NCBI GenBank assembly: GCA_019704295.1
Contig: AP024596.1
Location: 416,001-480,000, forward strand
Reading direction: 5' to 3'
Origin: Sulfolobales archaeon HS-7
Lineage (GTDB): Archaea; Thermoproteota; Thermoprotei_A; Sulfolobales; Sulfolobaceae
Length of the DNA stretch: 64,000 nucleotides
The position numbers were made by a program, and so were the translations under genes. Below the pieces are notes generated by a model. The model saw nothing but the letters and a program-made list of their open reading frames with translations, was not told the origin of the DNA and did not search any database. Every line of letters begins with the position of its first letter. Position 1 is the first letter of the stretch. Shown one piece after another: positions 9,163-20,171 of the stretch.

Positions 9163-10524
9163 TCAATACTTCGATAACATTTTGGCTGAAATGTATGTAA
9201 CACTGGCCAAGGAAATTATCGAAAAAACAAGCGAATATATTGGATAATAAAAGTAAAGTGCATATGCGATCAGTGGAATAATGATAACCTCGATTAGTCG
9301 TATGAAGTAAGAAATAGGATTAGTTAAACGTAACCCCCTTCCAGACAATATGGATCTGTAACTGATTATTAACGAGATCTCGGTACCCGCAACTACTGCT
9401 GGGAAAACCGCAATAGCTGGTAGGAATTGGCCAAAGAAAAGAAGTATGAAGGCCGTTATTAAGTATACAGCTGAGGAAAGAACGATTTTAGATATAAAGG
9501 AGTCCCTTACAGCTCCAGGGATCTGCAAGAGCAGGGAAAAGCCCCTCATTTCCAACACAACTAATGAAACCGTACCTGCAGAAAATAGAAATATGTCATA
9601 TGACACAGCTGCAGGTCTGTCAAAGAAGGCGATCATCAATGTAATAAAAGGTGCGGACAGTAGAAATCCGGCTTGAGGAACGCGAGTAATAGTCTTAAAG
9701 TCCTTTGAGATGAAGGAAAAAACAGGACCTCTAATTCCGATTTTATATGGTTCTATCTTAGAGGACTCTATTCTGGGTGCTGTAAAACCCATAACTGACT
9801 TAAATCCTAAAAACACTACTATGCCGGTGTAGATAAAGGAAAAAGGTATTGAAAGGATGTTGCTAAACGCGAACGGAAATACAGGAAGGTATGCTATGGG
9901 TAAAACCAATCTATGGCTTATTACATTACCTGTAAATAAACCTGGAATGGAGAAGAGTAGTAGGTAGACAACGAATGGCAAAATCCTTGCAAATGAGGAT
10001 ACTATTCCCAACTTAGTCTTTCTTCCGAGGTAAAACATGATAGCTATCGCTCCCGCAACGCCGAAAATCATCTCGAGTAATACCTGAAGTGCTACTATTA
10101 CATTATGAGTCAATAGGAAAGATATTATAGGGGGGAAAATCACGCTAATTGCCAAACCTAATAGGAAGAAGTCCATAATCCCTCGAGTTATAGCATACGT
10201 GGCTTCCTTTTCATCAAGAGGTAAGGAAAGGAGAAGAGTCCTCAGATCGTAGTTCGACGCATTATAAACCACATTTATCCCTATTGATATAACGTATACG
10301 AAAATAGCAAAGGCAAGGTAGCTAAACCCTATTCCTGGGTTTTTAAAAAAGTAGGACAGGAATGCGGAGAGGAGTATCATGAACATATAGCTTATTGTAT
10401 TCGATATCTTTATTGTAGTAGCGTTATTCCGTATATTTATATTGCGCTGGCTCTGGATACCATAAAGTCTACTGCTGTACATTAAGTAGACTAATTCTTT
10501 ATAGACTGCCTGATAGGGTTTCAA
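9163..10524 (-). CDS. ABC-2 type transporter permease
   Basis: Polytopic membrane protein coupled by a 4-nt overlap to the ABC ATPase. Confidence 0.8.
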   Translation of the reverse strand: MKPYQAVYKELVYLMYSSRLYGIQSQRNINIRNNATTIKISNTISYMFMILLSAFLSYFFKNPGIGFSYLAFAIFVYVISIGINVVYNASNYDLRTLLLSLPLDEKEATYAITRGIMDFFLLGLAISVIFPPIISFLLTHNVIVALQVLLEMIFGVAGAIAIMFYLGRKTKLGIVSSFARILPFVVYLLLFSIPGLFTGNVISHRLVLPIAYLPVFPFAFSNILSIPFSFIYTGIVVFLGFKSVMGFTAPRIESSKIEPYKIGIRGPVFSFISKDFKTITRVPQAGFLLSAPFITLMIAFFDRPAAVSYDIFLFSAGTVSLVVLEMRGFSLLLQIPGAVRDSFISKIVLSSAVYLITAFILLFFGQFLPAIAVFPAVVAGTEISLIISYRSILSGRGLRLTNPISYFIRLIEVIIIPLIAYALYFYYPIYSLVFSIISLASVTYISAKMLSKY

Positions 10525-11252
10525 CTTTCAAGACCTTTTACGATTTCTCTTACCTGTTCATCTAAGCCCGTAACGGAGAGGAATACATCCTCTAGCGTTT
10601 TTCCTGCCTCTCTTACCTTTCCTGGTTCCGTTTCTAGTACAATAGAACCCGCTCTCATTATACCTATTCTATTACATACTTTCTCTGCTATCTCCATTAT
10701 ATGTGTTGAGAACACTATCCCCCCTCCTTCCTTAATCTGAGAGTTCATGATTTCCTTTAGTATTCTAGTCGTAACTATATCTAAGGAGTTAAACGCTTCA
10801 TCTAAGATCAACAGTTTCGGAGAATGTAGCAAAGCTATAAGTATTGAAACCTTTTGCCTATTCCCCATTGATAGTTGAGCTATTGGAGTATTCATGTATT
10901 GCTCCAACGAGAAGGCATTAACCAGCTTATTAGCCCTATCGGCATTCTTTAAGCCCCTCACGCTAAGCACGAATCCTATTAACTCTGATGGCGTCATATG
11001 TTCGTAGAGGGCAGGCTGTTCCGGGACATATCCCACTAGGTTCTTTACCTCTTTCCTCCTATTGGACATGCCATTGATTTCAATAGTTCCTGAAAAGTTA
11101 ATCATGTTCATTATGGCCTTTAATGTACTGCTTTTACCTGCACCGTTAGGTCCTAAAAGGCAATATACCTCATTTCCTACGCCAAAGGTAAGGTTATTAA
11201 CTGCTATCACTTCGCCATATTTTACCGTTACGTTATTAACGCTCAGTAACAT
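10521..11252 (-). CDS. ABC transporter ATP-binding protein
   Basis: GPNGAGKS, LSMGNRQK, LLILDE, STH. Confidence 0.95.
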   Translation of the reverse strand: MLLSVNNVTVKYGEVIAVNNLTFGVGNEVYCLLGPNGAGKSSTLKAIMNMINFSGTIEINGMSNRRKEVKNLVGYVPEQPALYEHMTPSELIGFVLSVRGLKNADRANKLVNAFSLEQYMNTPIAQLSMGNRQKVSILIALLHSPKLLILDEAFNSLDIVTTRILKEIMNSQIKEGGGIVFSTHIMEIAEKVCNRIGIMRAGSIVLETEPGKVREAGKTLEDVFLSVTGLDEQVREIVKGLES

Positions 11253-11768
11253 TAAAGAAAATGGGAAAACTACGTTTAATAGTTTTATGCTATTTCTATA
11301 TGCTGAACGTTTACTAGCTCAGTGTTTGCACTTGTCATCACTCTCAGTTCCCGAGTTCGACATCACGGCTAATAAAAAATAATGTAATCAACGCTTTAAT
11401 CTTTACTTATTATTAACTATCTACCTAACGAAACGGGATTGATGAGTAATTGACGCCATGAAGTGTTAGCTATTGGGACTCCTAAATTCCTGGAAGCTTT
11501 CATTTCAAAGAGCATAAATATAGTGACCCCTCGATGTCTTACCGTGAGTTCTTATAGTCAAGGTCCGACCTTTGTCTAGGGATAATTATACTTTATCGAA
11601 CTCTAAAGTTCAACATATATTTCATTCCTCCTTTAGCATTAACCCCGTTCAAGGAATCACCTTGATAAAGGGAAATTCGATCCATTGAAGTGTGAAGAAG
11701 TGTAACTTACCTACGACAAAAGGTGCGTAAAATTCAAGTATATTAATCATAATATCCCCTAATGTAGT

Positions 11769-13280
11769 GTGAACACTTTAGAAATTTCGCTCCTTGATTT
11801 AGGGGTAATGCTGATACTGGCAAAACTAGCCGAGGAAGCTTTAGACAGGATAGGACTAGTAAGGTTTGTCGGGCCAATTATAGTCGGCATAATCCTAGGA
11901 AAGGGAGTTCTCGGACTAATACCAGTAAATCCGATTATTTCCTTTGTGACATCCTTAGGTATCGTGTTTCTGCTTTTCTTAGCTGGTGCAGAAGAAATAG
12001 GGGGTGAATTGAGGGGCAGTTCTACATATCTTATATCCTCAATACTACAAGTGATTGTTCCCGTTGCCATCGTTACTTTGCTCCTCTACTCCCTGGGTTA
12101 CTTTTCCCTACCACTGATAATTCCGCTGGCTATGACAAGCGTTGGTCCACTAACTAGAATGTTGATGGACTTGAACCTAACTAAAGACAGAAGGGGGATA
12201 GCAGTTTTCTATCAAGCCACATTGGCTGAAATACTTGCCGTTATCCTCTTTGCTATATTCCTATCTAAGGAGGATATACTATTATCAATTATAGAAATCT
12301 CGATCCTATTCATTGCGATTTTCCTTTTAGGTTCGAAACTCTCAGTAATCCTTGAGAGAATTGAAGGATACGTGAAGGTAAGGGAGATAGAATTTGCCTC
12401 ACTAATATCGTTCATATTCGTCATAGGTGCGATTGCTCAACTTTACAATTTCAATTCAGCCATAGCAGCCCTCTTCTTAGGCTTTCTCTTAAGGGATTAC
12501 TTCGCCGATAGACCTGAGTTAAAGGAGAGACTCCATGGCTTCACATACGGATTCTTTGAACCTCTCTTTTTCGTAAGCATTGGTTTGTATTTCGTTAAAA
12601 TTACAACTTCCATCTTAATAATAGGAGGGTTAGTGTTACTTACAATTGTCATAGGGAAACTATTAGCGGGGACTTTAACATCAAAGTTAGCTGGAGTCGA
12701 AATTCCCTTTAACGCGCTCGCTACATCAACTAAGGGTGGAGTTGACGCCTCTCTTCTAATAGCAGCGCTAACTGCAGGTGCCATAACCGGATACGAGTAT
12801 TCGTTAGGAGCATTAGCAATAACCTTAGCCGCGCTTATTATACCCTTATTATTTAGGTTGAAATACGGCGTAGGGTTTCAGACAGAAAGTTCAGTGAAGC
12901 TGAGTCAACCCATATCATCTATAATAAGGGATAAAAAACCCATTTTCGCTACTTGTTCTGAAAACCTAAGAAATGTCATAGAAAAGTTATCAGAGAAAGG
13001 AGCAAGAGCCATAGCCGTTGTAAACGAAAACAGAAAACCCATAGGAATGATAACCGTACAGCAACTCATCGAAATTGATCCTTCCCTTTATACAGTTTTA
13101 AATCCGTGTAACGTAGATTTGCAAGAGGTATTAATAATAGACGACGATCCTAAGGTTATAGAGGTGTTGAGGAAATTCAGGGAAACCGAAAGTCCGCTAA
13201 TAATAATTGTGGATAGGGACGGTACTTTAGTCAATACGATTTATGAAAGGGAAATACTGAGAGAAATTAGCAAAATCTGA
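11769..13280 (+). CDS. cation:proton antiporter (CPA2) with C-terminal CBS pair
   Basis: LGIVFLLFLAG, FFEPLFFVSIG, about 12 TM helices, CBS-like tail (AVVNENRKPIGMIT). Confidence 0.88.
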   Translation: MNTLEISLLDLGVMLILAKLAEEALDRIGLVRFVGPIIVGIILGKGVLGLIPVNPIISFVTSLGIVFLLFLAGAEEIGGELRGSSTYLISSILQVIVPVAIVTLLLYSLGYFSLPLIIPLAMTSVGPLTRMLMDLNLTKDRRGIAVFYQATLAEILAVILFAIFLSKEDILLSIIEISILFIAIFLLGSKLSVILERIEGYVKVREIEFASLISFIFVIGAIAQLYNFNSAIAALFLGFLLRDYFADRPELKERLHGFTYGFFEPLFFVSIGLYFVKITTSILIIGGLVLLTIVIGKLLAGTLTSKLAGVEIPFNALATSTKGGVDASLLIAALTAGAITGYEYSLGALAITLAALIIPLLFRLKYGVGFQTESSVKLSQPISSIIRDKKPIFATCSENLRNVIEKLSEKGARAIAVVNENRKPIGMITVQQLIEIDPSLYTVLNPCNVDLQEVLIIDDDPKVIEVLRKFRETESPLIIIVDRDGTLVNTIYEREILREISKI

Positions 13281-13837
13281 TACTGTGTTGGCCGGAGTCT
13301 CTTTTTAGGTGAACATGCCCTTACGGACGACAGGTCTGAACTTTTAATTTTTTTAAACAATTCTTCATAACTCATTCCATCTCTCTAATACGTTGTACGA
13401 AAGAGGTGTTACGGATATCTCCTCACTTCACAGATTAAGTGGACGATAGGGATAAAGAGGACGAGCTTGTAGTAGATATATTAATGATAATAGTCGCCGA
13501 TAAACGAGTGTACCTAAGGGACATAAGCGAGGTTAACGTGATGAAATCTAATGCGTGGTTAAAATACCTCGTTCCCTATGGAGAGCTAAGAAGCCCTGTT
13601 CATAACGTAATTCGCTGCCTTGGTTGTAGCAGCACAATTTGCCCCTATAATTAAACTCCTAGATATCACCTCTTTTCTACTAAAGAATTTCAATGAATTA
13701 TTACTTTTCTGTATTATTCATAACTGATACTCGTACTTGTCAGGATGTTCGTGATGGAATTGAAAGTCTTCAATTGCTATTTGGGAAATATAATGCAAAT
13801 TCTTGAAATACTAGAAAGTTCTGTAAACACGCAAAGA

Positions 13838-14974
13838 TTAGACCCTTACGCTTCTCAGGTTACGCAACCCTATGACTAGGTTTACTAAAACTAGAGAGCC
13901 CCCAATTAATGATACCACCCATATATATACCGGGAGTAAATATCCTGCTAACTCTATGAAAGTAGTACGCGAAATACCTGTTACCATTTCATCAAACCCA
14001 TAAACGCTACTAAGGAATTCACCTGAACCCTGCTTTAACGTAGACGCATAGAGTATTTCGTAAAGTCCGTCGGCACTTCCAATGCAGGTAGCCCCGTATA
14101 CCCCTGAGTACGGATTATGGATTAGGAGTACGGCAAATAACGACATCTTCGCTATTCCATTGAATAAAATCATTGAGGTAGAGTCCTTAAGAATCCTCAT
14201 CAAGTTATTCCCTCCTAATAATCCCAACTGATAACCAATAGTGGCTACAGAGTAAATCAATGGAGTCCCTCCATAATATGATATTATCGCAGGTAGAAAA
14301 GAGTAGAACATGAATATTCCTCCTTGATCTAATGTTAATCCTAAGATCATTGATCTCACCTCCCTACTGCTCTTAAAAACCTCAAAACCTTTTGTTATTT
14401 TCACCTTTTTCCCCTGCTTCGTCGGAAGATATAACGTAACTATTAGACGGACTATAAATATGATACCGGAAATGAAAAAAACGTAGACGCCAATCATGTT
14501 AAAGAGAAAGGGCCAGATTACTATCGTTAAGATTGCTATAGGCTGGTTTACCCATCTTAATATGTTGAGACCTCTTTTTATCGAATCTCTGGGAATTACA
14601 TCATATAGCGTCGCTTGACCTACTATAGTTATCATTTCTGAAAAAAATGTCCTTGTATAATATATTAGGATAAATAAATAAAGATCCTTTGTTAAGATAC
14701 CGTAAAGTACTGCGAAGATTAACAGGGCGGAAACCGTTCTCCCTAGAATTAACACCGATCTACGTTCGAATCTGTCACCCAAATAGCCACCAAGCAAAGA
14801 CGTAATTGTTCTCATGATGGGCTTTGCAATCACTACGAAGGAAAAATCTAAGAAGTTGGGAAAATACTCATAGGTTCCCCAAAGCACAGTCATATCAAAT
14901 AGGTACCTACCAATGTAACTTAGCGCTGAAGAGACCATAAAAGCCCTAAACGCCCTTATCTTGAGAGGGTCCAA
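13838..14974 (-). CDS. MFS transporter
   Basis: GGYLGDRFERR (motif A), 10-12 TM. Confidence 0.8.
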   Translation of the reverse strand: MDPLKIRAFRAFMVSSALSYIGRYLFDMTVLWGTYEYFPNFLDFSFVVIAKPIMRTITSLLGGYLGDRFERRSVLILGRTVSALLIFAVLYGILTKDLYLFILIYYTRTFFSEMITIVGQATLYDVIPRDSIKRGLNILRWVNQPIAILTIVIWPFLFNMIGVYVFFISGIIFIVRLIVTLYLPTKQGKKVKITKGFEVFKSSREVRSMILGLTLDQGGIFMFYSFLPAIISYYGGTPLIYSVATIGYQLGLLGGNNLMRILKDSTSMILFNGIAKMSLFAVLLIHNPYSGVYGATCIGSADGLYEILYASTLKQGSGEFLSSVYGFDEMVTGISRTTFIELAGYLLPVYIWVVSLIGGSLVLVNLVIGLRNLRSVRV

Positions 14975-15150
14975 TTCTTTCGTTATTAAAGATCAAACAG
15001 GTAAAATAAACTTTTGATCTTTCTATCTGGTCATATATTTAAGTTCACAAAGGTTGAAGGTCCTTTCTTTACAGTATTCAATCAGTTAGACTTTAGGGCT
15101 AAGTAGTTGGATGAACAAATAATATTATCCATGTAATTCACTTCGTTTCG

Positions 15151-15190
15151 ATTGGTATAACGCCGATTTTACTAAAAATGAGATAATTTA
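15151..15190 (+). repeat. isolated copy of the left end of the ISH3-type IS at 54640
   Basis: CGCCGATTTTACTAAAAATGAGATAATTT (15161) vs CGCCAATTTTACTAAAAATGAGACAATTT (54651): 27/29 identical. Confidence 0.75.
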
Positions 15191-15382
15191 GGCAATTCAG
15201 GTATTTTTCTGAATTATAATTCGCGAAAAAGATAAATAAAGTAAATTACTGAGCGTAAATCCCACAGAGAAGATAGTTTTCAGTTAAATTTGTAACACAC
15301 CCTTAAATAAGGAAAGTATACTTGAATAGCCCTCGCATAACAGATAAGAAAACTTATTCACTACAAGAACGTTATTAATTTA

Positions 15383-17383
15383 ATGGAACTGGAACACTTA
15401 CCTCTTGTTCAAGGTAAGGGAAAATATGTTGATGACATCAAGGTGGAATCCTTATATTTAGGCATGATCAGATCCCCTTACCCGAGAGCAAGAATCGTTA
15501 GAATACTTCGTCCAGAGAAGGCGAGATTTTTCTTTACTAACGTGGACCTTCCGGCATATTTGCCAATCGTAGCTCCTAAGGAGGCCAAAGTAGTGAGGAT
15601 GCCAGTATTCGCAGAGTCTGTTGTTAATTTCGTCGGGCAACCCGTTGCAGCAGTGGTCGCTAATAGTCCGGAGGAAGTGGAAGATCTAATTGAGGAGACT
15701 AATGTCGAATATGAAGAACTGGAACCCTCTACTGAACTAATCGATCCGAAGATTGAAATTCATGCTGGAGTTTCGAAAAATATATCCTTTAAAACTAAAG
15801 TAAAGGGAGGAAATCAAAACGAATTCTCACACGCGGATATAGAAGTTGAAAGGGAGATAACTATGGAAAGGGTAGTAGCGAATCCTATGGAAACAAAGGG
15901 AATCCTGGCTTACTATGACGGTATGTTAAGGGTTTTTGTCTCAGCACAAACCGTATTTAGAATAAGAAGAGAACTGTCTCAGGTGCTTAATATCCCCCCA
16001 GAGAAGATCGAGGTAAATGTTCCTGACGTGGGGGGAGGATTTGGAAATAAAGTACCATTACATGCAGAGTACGCTATTACCGCCTTTGCCGCGATCAAGA
16101 CCGGCAAACCAGTAAAGTGGATTGAAACGAGAACAGAACATCTAAATAATCCCACTCAGGGAAAAGGGGTTTATGCCAAAGTAAAACTTTACGGTAGGCG
16201 AACAGGAGAGATAATTGGCTTCAAGGGAACGGTTATCAACGACTTAGGTGCATACAACTACACTATTAATACCACTACGGCATCATTCATAGCATCCCTC
16301 ATTACTGGTCCGTATCAAGTGAAGGCCGTTGAGATTGATGCAATCAGCGTTTTCACTAACAGACCTCCAACTGGACCGTATAGAGGAGCAGGGAGGCCAG
16401 AAGCAGCTCTAATTCACGAGTCCCTAATAGAGGACTTTGCTGAGGAGGTAAAGATGGATTCTATTCAGGTAAGAAGGATTAACGTGATAAAAGGGCCTTA
16501 TAACACCCCTACAGGACTAAGCATAGACAGGGCAGGGTATCAAGAGGTCTTAGAGACGGCAGGAGAGGTGTTGAGATCCAGGGGCGGTGCGATTGCCTTT
16601 TTCTCAGAACAGACTAGGGGTTTACCTGGGGAAAGCGCTAAAATCCGACTTAAAGGCGATGAGGTGGAGGTCATAGTTGGTTCTAGGAATCACGGTCAGG
16701 GACATGCAACGGTTTTCAGGAAGTTAGTCTCGCAAGTCCTTGGCATCCCCGAGGCTAAGGTAAAGGTAAGGCCTGCTAACAGCCCCGATCTCAAAGACGG
16801 TATAGGAAGTTTTGGGAGCAGAAGTGTGATAGCTGGGGGATCTGCAGTTATAGAAGCGTCGCTAAAACTTAGAGAGAAAATTGGAGAGTTGTCAGTAGAG
16901 GAGGCATTCAAACGCCTAGGTCCTATTGATATAGAGGTGTTTAAGGAAGTGCCCGATATTTTCAGCCCTGGAGCGCACGTAACGGAAGTAGAAGTAGATC
17001 CTGAAACCTGCATACCTAGAGTAAAGTACTATTTTGCTGTAGACGACATAGGAAAGGTGATTAACTTTGATGACGCTAAAGGGCAAGTAATTGGCGGAGT
17101 TATTCAGGGAATTTCTGAGGTACTGTGGGAATGGGCAAGATATGACAAGAATGGTAATCCTCAATTTAGTTCGATTGCGGATGAAGGAGTTCCAACTCCA
17201 GTAGAGGTTCCTGAAGTATTGTCTAAATTTGTCGAATTTCCGTCCTCCTTACCTCACGGAGCTAGAGGTATCGGAGAAGGAGGTACTATAGGCGGTATGG
17301 TAGCTACTTTTATAGCGTTAGAGAAAAAAACTAAGAAAAAATTCAAAAGAATTCCTATCTTACCTGAGGATATATGCCTCTAG
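15383..17383 (+). CDS. xanthine dehydrogenase/aldehyde oxidoreductase CutA-family molybdopterin-binding large subunit
   Basis: GKGKYVDD, GGGFGNK, GPYRGAGRPE, GQGH, GSFGSRS, GARGIGE. Confidence 0.92.
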   Translation: MELEHLPLVQGKGKYVDDIKVESLYLGMIRSPYPRARIVRILRPEKARFFFTNVDLPAYLPIVAPKEAKVVRMPVFAESVVNFVGQPVAAVVANSPEEVEDLIEETNVEYEELEPSTELIDPKIEIHAGVSKNISFKTKVKGGNQNEFSHADIEVEREITMERVVANPMETKGILAYYDGMLRVFVSAQTVFRIRRELSQVLNIPPEKIEVNVPDVGGGFGNKVPLHAEYAITAFAAIKTGKPVKWIETRTEHLNNPTQGKGVYAKVKLYGRRTGEIIGFKGTVINDLGAYNYTINTTTASFIASLITGPYQVKAVEIDAISVFTNRPPTGPYRGAGRPEAALIHESLIEDFAEEVKMDSIQVRRINVIKGPYNTPTGLSIDRAGYQEVLETAGEVLRSRGGAIAFFSEQTRGLPGESAKIRLKGDEVEVIVGSRNHGQGHATVFRKLVSQVLGIPEAKVKVRPANSPDLKDGIGSFGSRSVIAGGSAVIEASLKLREKIGELSVEEAFKRLGPIDIEVFKEVPDIFSPGAHVTEVEVDPETCIPRVKYYFAVDDIGKVINFDDAKGQVIGGVIQGISEVLWEWARYDKNGNPQFSSIADEGVPTPVEVPEVLSKFVEFPSSLPHGARGIGEGGTIGGMVATFIALEKKTKKKFKRIPILPEDICL

Positions 17384-17437
17384 TCACTTCTTCTTTTTCT
17401 CCTCTTGTTTATGCTCTTCTTTCTTGCCTTTTGCCAT
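17384..17437 (-). CDS. putative 17-aa Lys/Glu-rich microprotein MAKGKKEEHKQEEKKKK
   Basis: ATG preceded by AGGTGA SD (5-nt spacer) and by AAAGTTTATTAA BRE/TATA about 30 bp upstream; stop abuts the cutA stop. Confidence 0.55.
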   Translation of the reverse strand: MAKGKKEEHKQEEKKKK

Positions 17438-17752
17438 GTTTGTCACCTATCAATTACAAGAGCTAGTTAATAAACTTTCTTTATAAACAAAAGATGATAT
17501 CGTCCTTGTAAAAAAACCAGTTCATAGCCCCTTATGTTATAACTCTAGTAGGATACGCTATTTTAGATTTTCTTTGCAATTTCAATTAGGTTTCAGAATT
17601 TTAAAAAATACTTTAACGTTATCGTGAACCACCTATACTAAGATGCGTTAATTTAATTAGATATTCCCTAGCATAGTCAATTACTTAAGTTGATAATGAA
17701 GCTGCGAACTGTCCGATAAAATTACTATTTAAAATTCAAAGACTGAATAAAT

Positions 17753-18946
17753 TCAGTTCCTCATCCCTATTCTCAACGTTTCAGGACCTGCCAGTAATCC
17801 ACCGATTGCTAATAAAAAGCCTGCACCCAGAACTATTGCTGGAGCCTCAAAAGCTCCTATAGCCTTTGATAATAAGGCAATGTAAATTTGGGTAAATCCC
17901 GCTATTATGAATGCGCCATTATATGCAAATCCAACCCCCGTGGCTCTGCTAAATGTTCTAAACCTCTCAGCCAGATATACAGGCGAAATGGCAGATGCTA
18001 TATTTACTCCGAACCCAAAGGCTAGTATAGACGCCACATCACTTCTACCTAAAATATAAAACGGTATGCCAATAGCTATCCCTACTATAGAACCTAAAAC
18101 GGCTATGGTTTTCCGACCTATGTAATCTGACAAAAATCCAGATAGTATCATTGCGGGTATTCCAATGGCGTTCATAATTACTAGGAGTGAACCGAAATAC
18201 GCTGGGCTTAAGTGCAGTACGCTTCCGAAGAATACGGAGAGATATTGAGGTCCTGCGTAAATCGCAACCCAAAACCCTATCATAACTAATAGCGTTTGAA
18301 ATATGGGTCTAAGGCCTTTGAATGGGTTTTCCTTTTTTGCTTCAACGTATATTTTAGGTTCCACTGCGTATGCCCTTATAATTAGGGCTAGGATGGCGGG
18401 TATCATACCTATTCCAAAGATCAATCTCCAACCGTAGGAGAGGAACCAAGGTTCCTTAGCAAGAGAGGTAAATAGAAGGTCCACTATCACGAAACCTGCT
18501 AGAGTTCCAGATTGGAGAATGCCTGCCATAAGTCCCCTCTTATTGGTGACGCTTTCCATAGCTATTGTAAAGCTGGAGGAAACATCACCACCAATAAAAA
18601 TTCCCTGAATTAACCTTAACACTGAAAGGGCCACTGCTGCGATAATACCTACCTGAAAATATGTTGGTAAGAAAGCAGTTATTCCTATTGAAGCCGCGTA
18701 ACCTAAAACTGTCAGAATAAAAGCGAACTTTCTTCCTCTTAAATCTGCTAAGTACCCGAATAAAAAACCGCCCAAGGGTCTAGTTATTACCGTGAACACT
18801 ATTGGGAGAACAGCGCCTAACAAACCCAATGTGGGAAAGAAGAGTTTCCCTAGAATTGATGCCGTAATAACAACTGCTCCTAAGTCGTAGGAATCCATAA
18901 GCCAGGAAGTATAAGCCCCTATATAGTTGAACCTTTCGGAAGGCAT
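17753..18946 (-). CDS. MFS transporter (metabolite:H+ symporter type)
   Basis: [40 protein letters not shown]. Confidence 0.92.
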   Translation of the reverse strand: MPSERFNYIGAYTSWLMDSYDLGAVVITASILGKLFFPTLGLLGAVLPIVFTVITRPLGGFLFGYLADLRGRKFAFILTVLGYAASIGITAFLPTYFQVGIIAAVALSVLRLIQGIFIGGDVSSSFTIAMESVTNKRGLMAGILQSGTLAGFVIVDLLFTSLAKEPWFLSYGWRLIFGIGMIPAILALIIRAYAVEPKIYVEAKKENPFKGLRPIFQTLLVMIGFWVAIYAGPQYLSVFFGSVLHLSPAYFGSLLVIMNAIGIPAMILSGFLSDYIGRKTIAVLGSIVGIAIGIPFYILGRSDVASILAFGFGVNIASAISPVYLAERFRTFSRATGVGFAYNGAFIIAGFTQIYIALLSKAIGAFEAPAIVLGAGFLLAIGGLLAGPETLRIGMRN

Positions 18947-19125
18947 ACTTTTATCTCTTTGTATAAGATTAAAAAATTTTCAACAAGGAGTTTTAGTATA
19001 GAATAAATGTTTTCGTTAAAAATAACATTAATTTCTCGATATATCTAAGAAAGAACTCAATGTTTATACTTTATCTACTATAATTATTTAAATGCCTTTT
19101 AACTAACTATATTTTTGGTGGTAAC

Positions 19126-19665
19126 GTGACACAGAAAAATGTACAAGCTAACACCACGAGAATGGAGTATTTGTTTCCGGTAAGATTTGCTGTAGGATGG
19201 ATGTTTCTTGACGGCGGGTTAAGGAAAGCAGTTTTAGCTCCAGTCAAGTTAAATCCCAATTCCCCTTCATTTGCAGGAGGGAAGTTAGTCAACTTTTTAC
19301 CCCACGCAGGTCCATTTCAGGGATTTCTCTTAACAATACTTGAAAACAGGGGTCTAGATATAGCCTTTATTACAACTTTCAGCTATCTGGAGATAATAGT
19401 AGGGCTCCTTTTAGTATTGGGGCTTTTAACAAGGTTAAGCGCGTTTGGAGCTGCATTAATGGCGGCCGGGTTTGCCCCTGCGTACTGGTTAGGTTCTACT
19501 TGCGAGGATGAGTGGCAGATAGGCGCTCTGTTAGTTGCTGGAGCGATAACGTTAATGTTAACAGCTTCTGGAAGGACATTTGGACTAGATAAATTCCTCT
19601 ATGAGAAGTTTGGAGACAGGGGGATAGCTAACGTACCTATACTAAAGTGGATAAAGTTATGGTGA
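19126..19665 (+). CDS. doxD: thiosulfate:quinone oxidoreductase subunit DoxD
   Basis: [44 protein letters not shown], characteristic of Sulfolobales DoxD. Confidence 0.9.
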   Translation: MTQKNVQANTTRMEYLFPVRFAVGWMFLDGGLRKAVLAPVKLNPNSPSFAGGKLVNFLPHAGPFQGFLLTILENRGLDIAFITTFSYLEIIVGLLLVLGLLTRLSAFGAALMAAGFAPAYWLGSTCEDEWQIGALLVAGAITLMLTASGRTFGLDKFLYEKFGDRGIANVPILKWIKLW

Positions 19666-19670
19666 GCATC

Positions 19671-20171
19671 ATGGATAGAACAACAGTTGTCGCACTAATC
19701 TTCGGCCTGATAATCGTTGGATTCGTATGGGGCACAGGCCAGTGGGCCTATGGAAATTTATACGGACCTTTATTTAATGATTCTAAATTACCTGAGCTAA
19801 GAATAACGTATATTACGTCTGAACAACTAAACAACGGAACGATGATAATAATGAATGTAACTGATATCGATGGACCTGACGCCTATCCGGCAAGTGCACC
19901 ACTCATGGAAATCTACAACTCAACATGGCACGTTTATCTGAACTCATCTCAGATATCGCGCTATACAGTGGCAATAATCCAAGCACCTTGGAACTCCGTA
20001 AAGAAGGACTTCGTGAATAATTACACGGGCATTGCCGTCATCTTGGGAACTATGGCTCAATTTCACCTTAGTCTTCCATATCATCTTACAAAAGGAGAAT
20101 ACAAAATAATACTGTATACACCCGCTATTAGTCTAAGTAGGGAGGCAGTAGCTGAGTTTTCAGTTAGCTAG
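19671..20171 (+). CDS. doxA: thiosulfate:quinone oxidoreductase subunit DoxA
   Basis: Follows doxD; [28 protein letters not shown]; GGTGA SD before ATG 19671. Confidence 0.88.
   Translation: MDRTTVVALIFGLIIVGFVWGTGQWAYGNLYGPLFNDSKLPELRITYITSEQLNNGTMIIMNVTDIDGPDAYPASAPLMEIYNSTWHVYLNSSQISRYTVAIIQAPWNSVKKDFVNNYTGIAVILGTMAQFHLSLPYHLTKGEYKIILYTPAISLSREAVAEFSVS

Noticed and set aside
13281-13837. ORF 13439-13654 and coding-like minus-strand fragments (MSYEELFKKIK...)
   Set aside because: No recognisable motif or start signals; may be a decayed gene but cannot be supported
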